From the NCBI GenBank assembly GCA_036172245.1, contig JAYWIR010000017.1:186001-250000 (forward strand): a stretch of 64,000 nt of DNA, given 5' to 3'. The notes beneath the pieces were generated by a model. That model made no database searches and was not told the origin of the DNA. It saw nothing but the letters and a program-made list of their open reading frames with translations. Within the stretch, counting starts at the first letter, position 1; each line of letters begins with the position of its first letter. This stretch comes from Raillietiella orientalis. Lineage: Eukaryota. Positions 1 through 12,600 of the stretch are shown here, one piece after another. A program made the position numbers and the translations under genes.

Positions 1-1143
1 TGCCCCTTCATCGCTTGGTTCACGTACATCTGTGGTTCTCCGTTCTCTGTTCCTCAGCACACCAACTAGCACGTCGCTTCCATGAATGGTAACAGCGACT
101 TGCGTGCAAGACTCATATCGGCCGCCTGCTCCCCGCAAGGGTGAAGAAGACTACCCGAAAAGAGCGGTCCTTTTAAGTGGTGACTTCAGATGCCAAACTC
201 GACCGCCAACATTATTTTTAGAAACCATTTCGCTTTATCTGGAAATACAAATGAAGCAACGACTTCAAGGCTGTTCTTCCGCTTTACCGTCAGCGGACAG
301 TTTTTCGCCCTCCACGTAGCCTACTTGGGTCTCGACGTTCTTTTCAAATCGTAACGCCGTCGTCACATGGGGAACGCCGTTTTTTTTTCAGGTAGACCAC
401 CTCACCTCTCTGCGACTCATCTTTCCTCTCACCTGGTGCCGGTAGTATTTTGCCTCTGTTGCTCTTCCTGAGACTCTTTCATCGCGATAAGTACGAGTCA
501 GCATGGGTGAGATGTCTCTCCTCCCTCGGTTTTGCTCGGAACTTCATGATTTAGGGGCGATCAAATCTCTCCTGAGTAATGGAAGGATATCAGGAAAGGA
601 TGCATGATGGATGAAACCAAAAGCTGGTTGATCTTTCGCTTTATTTTTTTCATTTTTTGTAGTTGAAGAACAACTGAAACTGCAGTAACAGCAACAATTA
701 ATGGATTAAGGGAGACCACGGCGAGGGATGTTGATGAATGGCACTGACATTGGCCAATGACGATCCCCAAGCACATGATTCCAGTCCTAATTACAGTGTT
801 GCGAAATCCTACTGCACTACACGTAGTTTATTTATTTATTTATTTTTTCCCGTATGAAGTAGCTGAATTTCTTGTGTAAACATCATTCCTTCCAACCTGG
901 AAACTTTTTGCTTTCCTACCATCAAAGCTCTCGAGAGGCAACGTGGAAATGCAGCACGAACCAGGCTGGTTATCACAGATTCTGGATGGAGATAAGAAAC
1001 GGAACATGTTGCATGAAACATATTTTCCATGGCAGGCGAATGAAAGATGAGATCGCTTCTCAGAGGATGAGGATAAAATGCGTATTTTTCTTTCTTTCTT
1101 TCCCTCTTTCGAACCGCTGTATCCTGAGTTTCTTAAGATTGCT

Positions 1144-1171
1144 GGATGTATCAAGCTGGCTTGATACATCC
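1144..1171. repeat. Perfect 13-bp inverted repeat with 2-nt spacer
   Basis: GGATGTATCAAGC TG GCTTGATACATCC. Confidence 0.85.
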
Positions 1172-2814
1172 TGCAGATAATACATCCATGCTCCCAACCT
1201 ACATTAATGTTCTGATTTCGGAAAGATGGTTAAACCGTCAAGACCGAAGAGCAGGATAACATGGACATTAACCGATAGCATTAGAATGCTGAAATTTCTT
1301 GCTGAGATTTTTAAAGACATAGTTTGCTACTGACTAATCTCATTATGTTAACAGGTGGCAGCTGAGAACGGCGCTCAAATGCCAGAGGTCTCAAGTCGCT
1401 CTTGGGAAATTAGAAGCCCAATCACCTAAAAATCGGAAAAGACAGCGAGCGGTGCATTTGATATTCCCCCCCGTAGGGAATCGGTAATTTCTCGAAAACA
1501 CTTGTATTACATCCCACTAACTCTTATTGGATTAAAGAACATTCCATAGATTTTTTAATACTCTATACATATTTATTAACATTCATAAATTGCAGAATAA
1601 GAGATGTAATTATGAATATTACATAAAATGCGATCACACATAGATTTGATAAAATTATGATCAGTTAATTGAATATATCTTTCGTATATTGAGGGAATTT
1701 CATGAAATGCTGAACAGATGCATATGATCAATGCTGTGAATATTAATTGAATGCTACGGAATTGAAAGATTTCATCAACAGCTGAATGAAGAATTCCGCG
1801 TTCTGACGAGACTGACTTGGGGAATGCCAGGAAGTTTATCCTGGCATAAAAATCGAAGATTTGTTAACAGCAAGCTGCATGGGCCGCTGGTTCCAGAACC
1901 ATTACTTAGGCAAATTAGTACCCGTAAACTCGAGATGGTTTCTATGGATAGTTGCTGAAGAATGGGAACCTCCATATTTTCCGTTTTCTTTGGCTTAACC
2001 CTTTCCGAACTAAGGGAAGAGGGAAGGACAATTCACGGCATCTGGATTCTGATTTTGGGGATTTAGAAAACTGCGACACTCCAGGATGAACCAACGGCTA
2101 CATAGAGGAAAAAATTGATCTCATTTTTATTGCAAAAAGAAAACTGTACTATTTTTATGCGAATCTATAGGCGATTTTTTTCTTTTTTTAAAGAATAATG
2201 ATACGCTGATTTGCAATTCCCGTAATTAAGCAATGGAACTGAAATGATCGAAAAGGACAGGTCATCGGGGGTTAAAATACTGGATGCAGATTTCGTGGTG
2301 GGTGCTCCTGAACCTGTATAAAGACCAAACGCGTCTTTAAAAAAATGTGCTAATTATTTCTTATCATAATAGCAGATGATGATAATAAGAAAACAGCAGA
2401 TATTATCATAATAGCAGATTTCGTATATCAAGTGAAGAAAGTTTGCTCGAGTCCCAGATGTGCCTCTCGATCAGAGTGATAAGAGGTAACTGAAGATGCG
2501 AATGTCTGGGCATGAAGGTTTACAAAACATGCCTTGCATTGACGGACTTGGCGGAAAGGATTTAGATCGAGAATTTTCTAAATTAGATCCTAAAAACTGC
2601 ATGCGGAAAACTTGTGTATGTATTTGCAAGAATTCATGAGCAATATTACGACTTGCCGCTCCGGAGAGCTCGGACAAAATACTTTATATTGAATAAAGAA
2701 TCACATACAAACGTAATCTGATATTTTATTTCAAAGTAATTTTTTTAAATTATAGCATTAAAAAAATTTTCTATGAAAGCGTACACTATTAATGTAATTT
2801 ATCACAGTATTTGT

Positions 2815-3657
2815 TTAGTTTTGCAGTTGCCGTCTTTCAACGGCGGAAAAGAAACATTCTGTAAATCTTTGCAACTGCTGAGCTGCCGAATAATTTTCTT
2901 CCTGTAATCTCCTATTTTCACTCTTGAGTTGCTGCACTTCGTTCACTAAGGCTGCCTTGTGATTTCGCTCGGCTTGGAGAGTCTGTTCTAACGTACGCAC
3001 CTGTTCCGTCAACAAATGTAGCCCACTCCTATTTTCCGTGTCGATTCCTAACTTTGCGACCAACTCTTCGACAGTGATCAGTTCTCCATTCAGCTGTGCT
3101 TGCTCTAATGCTTCCGTTGCAGTGTGTACCAAGGCATTCCAGTCTAAAGTATTAACATTCGGAAGGGGCAATGGAACGCACGGTGCTTCTGTTTGGTACA
3201 AACAACACGACGCATTCGATGGGACAGAATACTGATCGCTTTCTTCCTCTGGACGAATTAGTTTAAGCAGTTCTTCTTGGACTGATGTGGAAGGCACAGC
3301 ACTGTTTTTAGTCTGATCTCTTGCTGCACCCGGTCGAAGACGCGGGCTTGCAACACAAAGGCCACCATTAACTGAGGAAGGGGAAGAACCAACTCTGTCT
3401 ATCTTTTTGCTAACGGAAGGTATATTGTTACTACTGAATGAGTTTTCATTTTTTTGATGACCCACTGCTTTAAGACCAGAAATGTGACTAGGTCCTAAGA
3501 AAACAGAGATCTGGGATGGATTGTCACAAAGAGGAAGGCGGCTCCTGGCTGGGAGAGGAGGAGGAATGTTTTTATCTTTCGTATACACATCGTCGTTCAC
3601 ATCAAACCAACGGTCTTCTGACGACGACTGACCACTTGATGAGGACGTTAAAGTACC
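2815..3657 (-). CDS. SIPA1L: SIPA1L terminal coding exon 12 (C-terminal coiled coil)
   Basis: [61 protein letters not shown] at 2817-2815. Confidence 0.9.
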   Translation of the reverse strand, partial: GTLTSSSSGQSSSEDRWFDVNDDVYTKDKNIPPPLPARSRLPLCDNPSQISVFLGPSHISGLKAVGHQKNENSFSSNNIPSVSKKIDRVGSSPSSVNGGLCVASPRLRPGAARDQTKNSAVPSTSVQEELLKLIRPEEESDQYSVPSNASCCLYQTEAPCVPLPLPNVNTLDWNALVHTATEALEQAQLNGELITVEELVAKLGIDTENRSGLHLLTEQVRTLEQTLQAERNHKAALVNEVQQLKSENRRLQEENYSAAQQLQRFTECFFSAVERRQLQN

Positions 3658-6600
3658 CTAGAGAAAATGAAGAAAATCATTAAAATCGGCATGTCCTACT
3701 ACCATATTTTGGTCAGGATTTGTTCCACCCCAACTACTTCCTGTCCCATAATCTGAATAATTGCTTGCATGAGGGAGCATGGGCTGCTGCTGCAAAGCAA
3801 CAGCATCTTGTTCACTAACTTTGGAGTGTATCACTTCTTTTGTATCTGGATCTCGGAAGAAACCATTACAGGAATCCGCTGTACACCCAACACGGGGGCT
3901 CCCATCGTCGAGAGGTGGAATGAAGGTTAACGTTACAACAGCAGATGTGCGCAGTAGATCAATCATTTGTCTACTGTCCATGGTGGGCACCGCCACTTTG
4001 CAAATTTCCACCACTCTTGCACCTGGACGCAAGCCACAGTTCCACGATATTAATCCTCTCTCCACTTCTGTCACTACACCATCGTGCTTGATGTGAAAAC
4101 CGAGTGGGATACAATGACTGCGCTCTATGCAAAGTTCTTGTACCAAACTCCCTTTGGTTACTTCTTTTAAACGTTGAAGAACTTCTGATAAATCATCATG
4201 TATGAAAATCAAGATGCTTTCCCCGGCATGATAGAATACGCGAATGCTGTGAAACAATGAAAAAGATTTCATCCCAAAACGTTAGTTTACTACCTATTAT
4301 CACACAGTGCCCAACCAAGCACTGACTGGCATGGTATGGCAAAGACCGCATCACCCAGGGAAAGATCAATTAGCACTACGGTATCCAAGGAAATGCCAAG
4401 CCAGCAGGGGATACTTGAAGCACTACAACAATCTTCAACGTGAACACACCAACGCAAGGCACCAGGTATCAGATGATTTGATGTGGAGCGTGACTTCGGT
4501 CTGTCTTTCCTCCAGTTACCAAACACGTTCAGTTCTACGAGGAGAGATGAAAGCACCACGTTACTTTCCGGCCATCACGTGATGCTCACGGAAACGGGGG
4601 CTCGAATCTACCAAAACACCAGTGACGTGGTTCATTGCGAGATCCTTGAGATACTCCTGACGTGTGCGTGTGGCCATCGTGACAAATTTGTCGGACCGAT
4701 GAGCGGCATTTTCAGCATTTATAACTAGGCAATTTATACGGACGCTGTTGCGACCACACGACCGCTTACTTTTACAGAGAAGAAATTCTGCGAACTTTGA
4801 TGACTTTGCAAACGTGGCGTCTTCTGGAATCGGAGGACCAAACATCGGAACTTCCTTCGATCTGCTGACGGCAACGCTGGAAATCTGCGTTATAGAGTGC
4901 TCTATTGTTTCGTGCTGGGAATACCGTACCGATACTGTGTGTTTGCCGAGCACGGGTTGATGACTTTCACGACGATGAAAACGTGCTGGAACTGGGAGCG
5001 AATGTGCTTTGGTGTGAACGGTTTTGCACCAGGCTCTTGAAAAACAATAGTTACGATATCATTGCCTATGTGGCGTTTGCGCAGGAGCTACCGGTTTCGA
5101 CGGATACATGTGGATGAGCACTCGGAACCAAACCAGCCCGAAACTCACCTGCTGTCTGTTACTTGGCGTGAACGGCAACATTGTGGACACGTGGAACATA
5201 ATTTCACATCCACAATACGTGGTGTATAAGGAATACAATCCTGTGGAGTCCGCTGGAAAAACAATCAGCAACCATGGAGGCGCAATCATGGGGAACAATC
5301 TATCTTACATTTTTTATCCAGGCCAGCCCCGTACTTTTCGAAACTTTTCAAGCGCACTTTTTGACCCAACATATCCAAGAATTCCTCAAAGGCTGGACCT
5401 GCTTCTTTATTATTATACATTTCTTCTTCTGTTGACTGATTGGCTTTACAATACATTATTCCGACTTTATAACACGTGATTAGTCCTTGTTGATCCAACT
5501 TCAAAAGCAGTTCTTCCGCTGATGGACCAGAAGTGGCTAACCTTAAGCTAAATATCGAAAATGGAAACTCAAGTTTCAAAGATTGCAAACGATTTTATAT
5601 CAGTTTTCCCGAATGCGATGAACCTGATTACGACTAATTACGAATGATGCAAAAAAAAAAAAACTGCAAGAAACTGAGAGGCAGGTCTCCCTAGAGCATG
5701 CCACGTGCTTGATAAATCCAGAAAATCGCATGAAAATCGAACTCGTTTCGAGGAAGAGCATGCTGCAATCTCACGTTAACCCGTAACTGCCATTCGTACT
5801 TTCATCCTTCGACGATGCTGTAACTCATCAATTACGGAAGCTGACCATTACTCGTATAATCAGTAATTCGTGTAATTATTTATAGTCGAGTATATGTGCA
5901 ATAATGTTCGCTCTTTAGACGGCTGGCGCAATTTTCAGCTGTGACAGCAATCTGTACACCGAATGAGTTGTCTGGAATCAACATCACCGTGACCTCAGCA
6001 TGCCCTGCAGCAGTTCCGTGGTTCTCATCAGCTCATTTTGGCGATCGTTACACGGCGTACTCGATGTTTACTGTGAAGTAGTCGGCGCCAGATGACATTC
6101 CGACAAGCATCTGACAAGTTTAGCAACTGCCCAAACTCCAGTGCAACAAGCGAACAAAGTATACATGTACAAAGTAGCACACGAATGGATGCATTTTTGC
6201 ATAATGAATACTTATCCGATGCATTTTACTGATTTTTCAGGCACGAATAAAATTGATTTTTTTTTTTTTTTACATGGGACACAAGGAGTCGGTTCGAAGT
6301 GAACAAAGTACTAACTCACCACTGATGATTAATTTCCGGTGCAACACGCTCAATCACATCTTTAGCTGGTATCCCACGAACCGTTGAAGATTTCAAACTT
6401 GGTACATTATCCTCAAAAATGGAACCACGCAAGGTGGCCAACTTCAAGGATGAAGCAATATTGATTTATTTACAAGACAGACTTCTTTTTTTTTTTTCTT
6501 ACCTCGCTTGTTCGGATAATTACACGGTACTGATAATATGTGACAGAAGAGTTGGTGTTGATATTCTGGGATGACTTCATGTCCACAACTTTATCTTGTT

Positions 6601-9600
6601 TGCTAGAATATTCACCGACTGGAAATTCACATATCTTTTCTCTTTTGATGCTTATGGCTACAGGTCCCAAGTTATCGTCCAGGCCGAACCAATTCTGATG
6701 ATCTATTTCCAAGTACAAGTTGACAACGCGTCATTACAGTAATACACAAAGCTAGCGGCAACGTATGCACTTTCTCCCAATTGCAAACTAATCTGGGAAG
6801 AACGTGTGCTGCCAAGCAAATCTTTGGACGTAGACATTTCCGGACACAGAAAGTCGTCCTAATCAAAAAGGTACCAAACCAGCAATATTCGTACAAGAAT
6901 CAAAGTGCGCCAAAGGTAAGGGACCATGCAAAGTGTGTACTTTCATATTCTTAATTCTGCCAAGGTTTTGGATTGGATCCACTCCTTCGCTACACGACGT
7001 GGAATTGCAAAACAACGTCATGTGAATTTCGTGTTGCGTTTCCTCCTGGGCATTTTCGAAACACACAAAGAATGTCTCAAAGAACGATTCTGCAACCACG
7101 AATTCCTCTCCCCCAGAACGAAACTTGGCAGATGCAAAGTCCAAGATCCGAATCGGTGAAGCACTGCACCGTTCTCGTTTCCATTTGCAAATCCTCTTCG
7201 GTAATTCTGAAAATGTGAGCAGATAACTTGAATTTCAAGCTCTTTCACATAAATGTTTGAGACTCCCTATGGTATTTGGCTGAACAGATGCTCGCTGCAC
7301 CAATGCTTCCATTTCCGGAAACTTTTACTTCTCGCAGTTTACGGTTCCGCACTCCACCGCAACAGGGAAAAAGCATGGTAACACTACATCCTGATGGAGA
7401 CTGGATGGCACTATTGTATTTTTTGCATCCCTCAGCCTTCCATAAGCAGTTTTCACGGCCACATTATGCTGGCCGCAATCTTTCACAATTACAAGTTTCA
7501 CTTTCTCACGTTCCTTCACAAACCAAAGATTTTACGTTTCTCCCTTGCTTATTGTGAGTACAACTGCGTCTCCAAGGTATACCAAATGAAAGTCGCCGCT
7601 TATAAGTAACGATTCGTTCACGTGGACAATGACTTGCATGTACATTTTTTTTTTGGATATCGTATGTGAGAGATCTCAGTCTCTTCTGATATGCGAAAAT
7701 TACATCTCCATGGATTCACATACATTTCTCTATATAATATACTTTTATCCAACCAAGTTCACGACTTTCTACCTTAATACACAACCAATCTTGTTCCAAA
7801 ACGTTTGCACCTTCACCTAATCGAACTGAGTGACAAAAGTCGGCCTCAAGATTTGTAATCCAAGTCTTAAAAGTTAAAATCTAAAGGATACATTTACTAG
7901 AACAAGGATATCATTAACATACCACATTAATTCGTTTTCTGATAGATCCCTTTTTTGAACCAAACATTCATAGAATAATTGGAATTATTACATGAGCACA
8001 ACTCTATTAAATTATTGCTACGATGATTCATAACTCCAAACGACTATTAAAAGAAACTCGATGTTGTTTTAGGGAAACACAGAAGAGTAAGTTTTACTAT
8101 CTTCAATGCTACTGTTTTCAACGATGTTCCTAAAGTTCCCAAACATCTTGAACAGGATTTGGGGGAAAAACTTGCTCCAAGGTCCAAGCCATTTGTCTCA
8201 CACGAACTTTTTTCTACCCTTTTTTTTTCTAAGCTATTCTGAATGCATTTATCAGCTTCCGTATGCCACCCGACTCTTAAATTGCCAATATTCTGGCTGC
8301 TCACAGGACATGAGATGCATTCTGTTGACCTGTTGACAAATGAAACGTTCCTACAGAGAAAGCCTCGGCTTCCAGCAGAGAAACATCGGCAATAAACAGC
8401 TTACATCCGGAAAGTTTCACGAAAGTAAAAGAAAATATACCGATGCGTACCATCATCACTCAGTGAACAAGGTGAGGGCTTGAAGAAAAAAAAACAGCTC
8501 GTTTCGTGTTTTTGGAGGATCAAATTCACTATCACTGCCACATTTTGAGAGAACAGAGGTAGGCTCGGAATTAGGTAGGCTCTCGGGCGAAACTTCTAAG
8601 GGATTCAGGAAACTGGGGAAGCACTCGAGGACCATCTTTAATGCCAACGCACTAGATGAAGACAAAACAAAAAACAAGCAAGAGAAACAAAATTGAAAAT
8701 GCGCATTATGCAGTTTCAGAAAGCGGCCATAGAGACGAACCGAGGGGGGAAACAGAAATCGCACATGGCACCTGCGTAGAACGCCTACATTTTCTCGAAG
8801 GAAAATCACAGAGACCTCAAATTCGTGCGACTCTAAAGAAAGGAATAGCTACCGGAAAGCGAATTTCCACACATCAGTGAAGCCTCTCAAGGAAAACCTC
8901 GTATTCCAACGGAAGCGTCCTCAAAAAGCGGCAATTTTGCAGCCTCATAAAGCAGCATCTGGCATGCAACTGGATCGTGAAACAAACAAAAAGAAACTTA
9001 ATGGAGAGTTGCGCAGTGCAAAAAGGTATTCGCACACTGAATTAATGTGGACGGAAGTGTTAAGACACTATTAAGCTGGAACAAAAGGTGTTCTTCACTC
9101 GTTTGTGACCACGGATTCATGGTTCACATGCAAATGAACGCTCCACGCCGCGTATTTCGCCACTCTAAATGCACCAACTCCAGAAACAAAAGGCGCCATT
9201 TCCACCCAATGGTGTTACTCTTTGACCTTACGACGAAGTAGTCAACGCACTGAGGTCACTATCTGTTTTGGGAAACGATTTGCTCTTTGGTGAATCGATT
9301 TCAAAGAAACTTTCTGAATCCTACACTGATGTGCGGAATGGGAAGTTGGGATAGTGCTGTAGGGATAGTTTCCAATTTTCGAATTCAAGGGTCACAGTCA
9401 GCCACCGCAGTTAGAAGCGCTCCTAATTAAGTTTCATGACATCAATTGTAGATCGTCCGTTCTTGCGGTTCCTATTTTACATGTCAGTTGCTTGGGTATT
9501 TCTCTTTTGCATTAGTTTTTCAATTACCTGCGCATTTTACAATTTTCTTATAGAATGCGTTTCATTACACCTAAAGTCCTCAAAGCTCAAAAGGTGATTA

Positions 9601-12600
9601 TCATTGCATGTCAGTGTCTGCTTACAAGGAAACAAGTTTTTCCATTTATCTACATATCCACTGGCTCTAAGTTTCCTAAATGTGTAGCAACAAGCTCCTC
9701 TGACTTTCTGTTTCTCTTTGAAAGCTTACGCTGATTAATTAAGCTCTAAGCAATTATCATTACTGTTCCCAACAAAACACTGAAATGATTTTGATAAAAA
9801 AATCAAGAACTCAAACCATGAAAGACCATGCAGCGCTTTTTTTTTTTTTTTTTACAAAGGAAAACAAATGAAAGCATTGGAATGAAAATGTTGCTCGATA
9901 CACTTCACAAGTTCTAAGTGGAGACCAAAATTGATAGAAAGTACTTCGAATAACTCCTGAACTTTAAATAACTGAAACTGAACTGCAATTTAATAACACA
10001 TTATACATAATTATCAATACACATTAACTGAAAAACACATTTGCAGATGACTTGAATCCGCGTTAAGAGCGTGAAAACGGTTCCCTTACCTTGTTTGTAA
10101 AAAAAATTTTGGTAATAGGAAGCGCCATAGTCAACATTTTCAATTTGATAAGTGGTCTGCTGATATGGACAGGTGCCATTCTTCCAGTGTGTTGCACCAG
10201 GAAGCATCTCCAGAATGCTCACTGAACATGCCAGAGAATTTCGATACAAGCACGGTGACTCGTGAAAAGGTGGAACTTTAGCAGCTTTGGAAAAACTGAT
10301 GCTCCTTTCTCTGTCTCCTCCTATCTCATTTCGAAAAAAATGGCAACTGAAACATACATTTGCAAATCACAAACTTGAAAGATCAAAGACCACGAAGACA
10401 TGCTCTTCAAGACTTGAATTGAAATTCACTCTACTCATATCGCTCCACACGAACTAAAGTCGAACGTACTTCTTAATATTCAAGTAAATATGCAGATGTA
10501 ATACTCTTCTTGAAATGGTAAATTAGAGGTTACAGGTTACAGGATATTTGTATCTGATTACTATGTCAATGGGTTTCAAGTCCATTATATCTACATATTT
10601 CAGTTAATGAACGAGACTTATGCACAGCTAAGCTTGTTAAACGCCGAAAATACTTATCAGTATATCTACAAGTCTACTGCATTTTCTAGTCAAAAACGAA
10701 CCGATCTACACTCATTCATTGGATGCGGAGAAACTGATGCTGGTAAAGCGCAGTCTTAGTTAATTCAAATAAGTTTGCTTTTGTTGAAATTGTCGATTGT
10801 TTTGCATATGTTTCAAACACATACACACACACACACGTACAAGGACCATATCAGCACAATTACACTGAATTAGAGACGTTTACAATTAACAAGATGTTAC
10901 AATTTAATACCACACCGTACAAGAGAAGCATGATGTAAGAAATTAAATAAAAACATCGTAAGCAGCTCGAGAGCAGTGTTTACCACGAAATTCAAAACCG
11001 CCGTAATCCAAAATTCTCTTCTCATTCATGATCACACATTGGGTAAAAAGACATCCCAGGACGCGAACGTACATCCGGAAAATTTCTAATAAGCAACACA
11101 ATGATTCCCCTCTGATCAAATCATTTACTACCTCATCAGAACTGACACATGGCTCCTCAAAATATCCTTTGGAAGACAATCACCGGCCCCAACACCGTTG
11201 TTATGACGTATAAAACGAACTAACCATTTATGTTTCATTTAAAGAGAGTATAGAGGTTTGATAAATAGTCAACTTAAGAACTCTGCAAGAATCCTTTGAA
11301 ATGCCAATAGCACTTTTTTTATGAGTTGTACAACACAGGATCTGATACGTGGTACGTAAACGGCTGCTATGTCATGACCTGCTTGAATAACAAAATAATC
11401 AGCAATTTAACTGTTGGCATGAATGAAACTGGAAATGGACCGAAACTCATAATCCAGATGTTATTAGATGGATCCTTCAATTCATTTCCACTGGCATGCG
11501 TTCTGATCCATGTTCAACAACAAGCTTAATTTTCTTAAGCACTTTCTGAATTCAAAAACAGCCAGAAGTTAAAGACTACAAACTCGCAAAGAGCGTACCA
11601 TTACGATTCGGAATGTCCTTTGCACGTAGAAAATGGAAATAACATCGGAAACGTCTTGACATTATCGTGAAGAAGAAGAATCTGAAGCTAGTTGCCTGGC
11701 TCATAAAGATCGGCCAGCTCGATAGTAACATCATGGTCGGATTGCATAACCGCACAAATAGTATTTACATGCACATCTGATCTTGAGGCTGAAAGAAGCC
11801 CCTCATGAGCTTCTTCTTCTACATGCTCCTCTCGCCAATGAACGCAATGACCCATGCCTGTCTTCAGGATGATTCTCCCCGGTCAGCGTCAATTTTCTTC
11901 GGCAACTTTCCTTAAAGGTATACGAATATCCATACGGCTTGTTTTAGCTTCGTTTCCGTTTTTCTTACGAAGGTCCAAGAGCAGAGAACTTCAACAGTAA
12001 GCAGTCAGCATCCTGAGACGGTTTCCGATTGCTGCATCAAGACGATGCTGCCGCTGTTGAGGGAACCAAACGCTGCCAGATGTGAATGATGAAATTAGTC
12101 TCGTCACCAACGGATCAACCGCTGTACCATGTATTACTATCACAAGTTAATTACTGATACAACCCACTGTTAAGCAGATATGCAAGAAAGCCACGAAATG
12201 AAGTCTATACAACAAAAGATCAACTTCACCTTCCACACCTTCACACTTCGACAGACGAGCACGGTTAATTCTGAATGTTAAATTAGCGTAGTTATTTACC
12301 TCGATTTCTCGTCACAAACCATCGGAAACTTCATACTGCATAATTAACAGAACCATCACTGTTAGAATCTGACAAAGCAGCATCTGCCCAACGAGGTACT
12401 TGTTTCTGGAGTTTCGGATGGACTGCCCATTCGCGTCCTAATAATTCGAACGTACGGTGAAAAATAAGTCGGCGATGTACTGTTTCTTTTAATGAATCCT
12501 TAAACCCCGTTTATCCTTAAGCCCCGTAACCCCGTTCGAATAATAGAAAAACAAGAAGAAAGGAGGAGCATTTTACGATTGCAAATCTAAATGGTTCCTT

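Noticed and set aside
1..440. Possible 5' exons of a further minus-strand gene (donor near 432, acceptor near 239)
   Set aside because: No identifiable coding sequence inside the window.
2361..2419. 17-nt direct repeat TTATCATAATAGCAGAT x2 as a CRISPR-like unit
   Set aside because: Only two copies in eukaryotic DNA; a simple local duplication.
1775..2680. Short ORFs with splice-like signals downstream of the SIPA1L stop
   Set aside because: No consistent reading frame or recognisable product; probably 3' UTR or intergenic.
8610..8790. BED zinc-finger-like peptide ([18 protein letters not shown])
   Set aside because: Broken by stops, with no supporting transposase motifs nearby; too weak to annotate.
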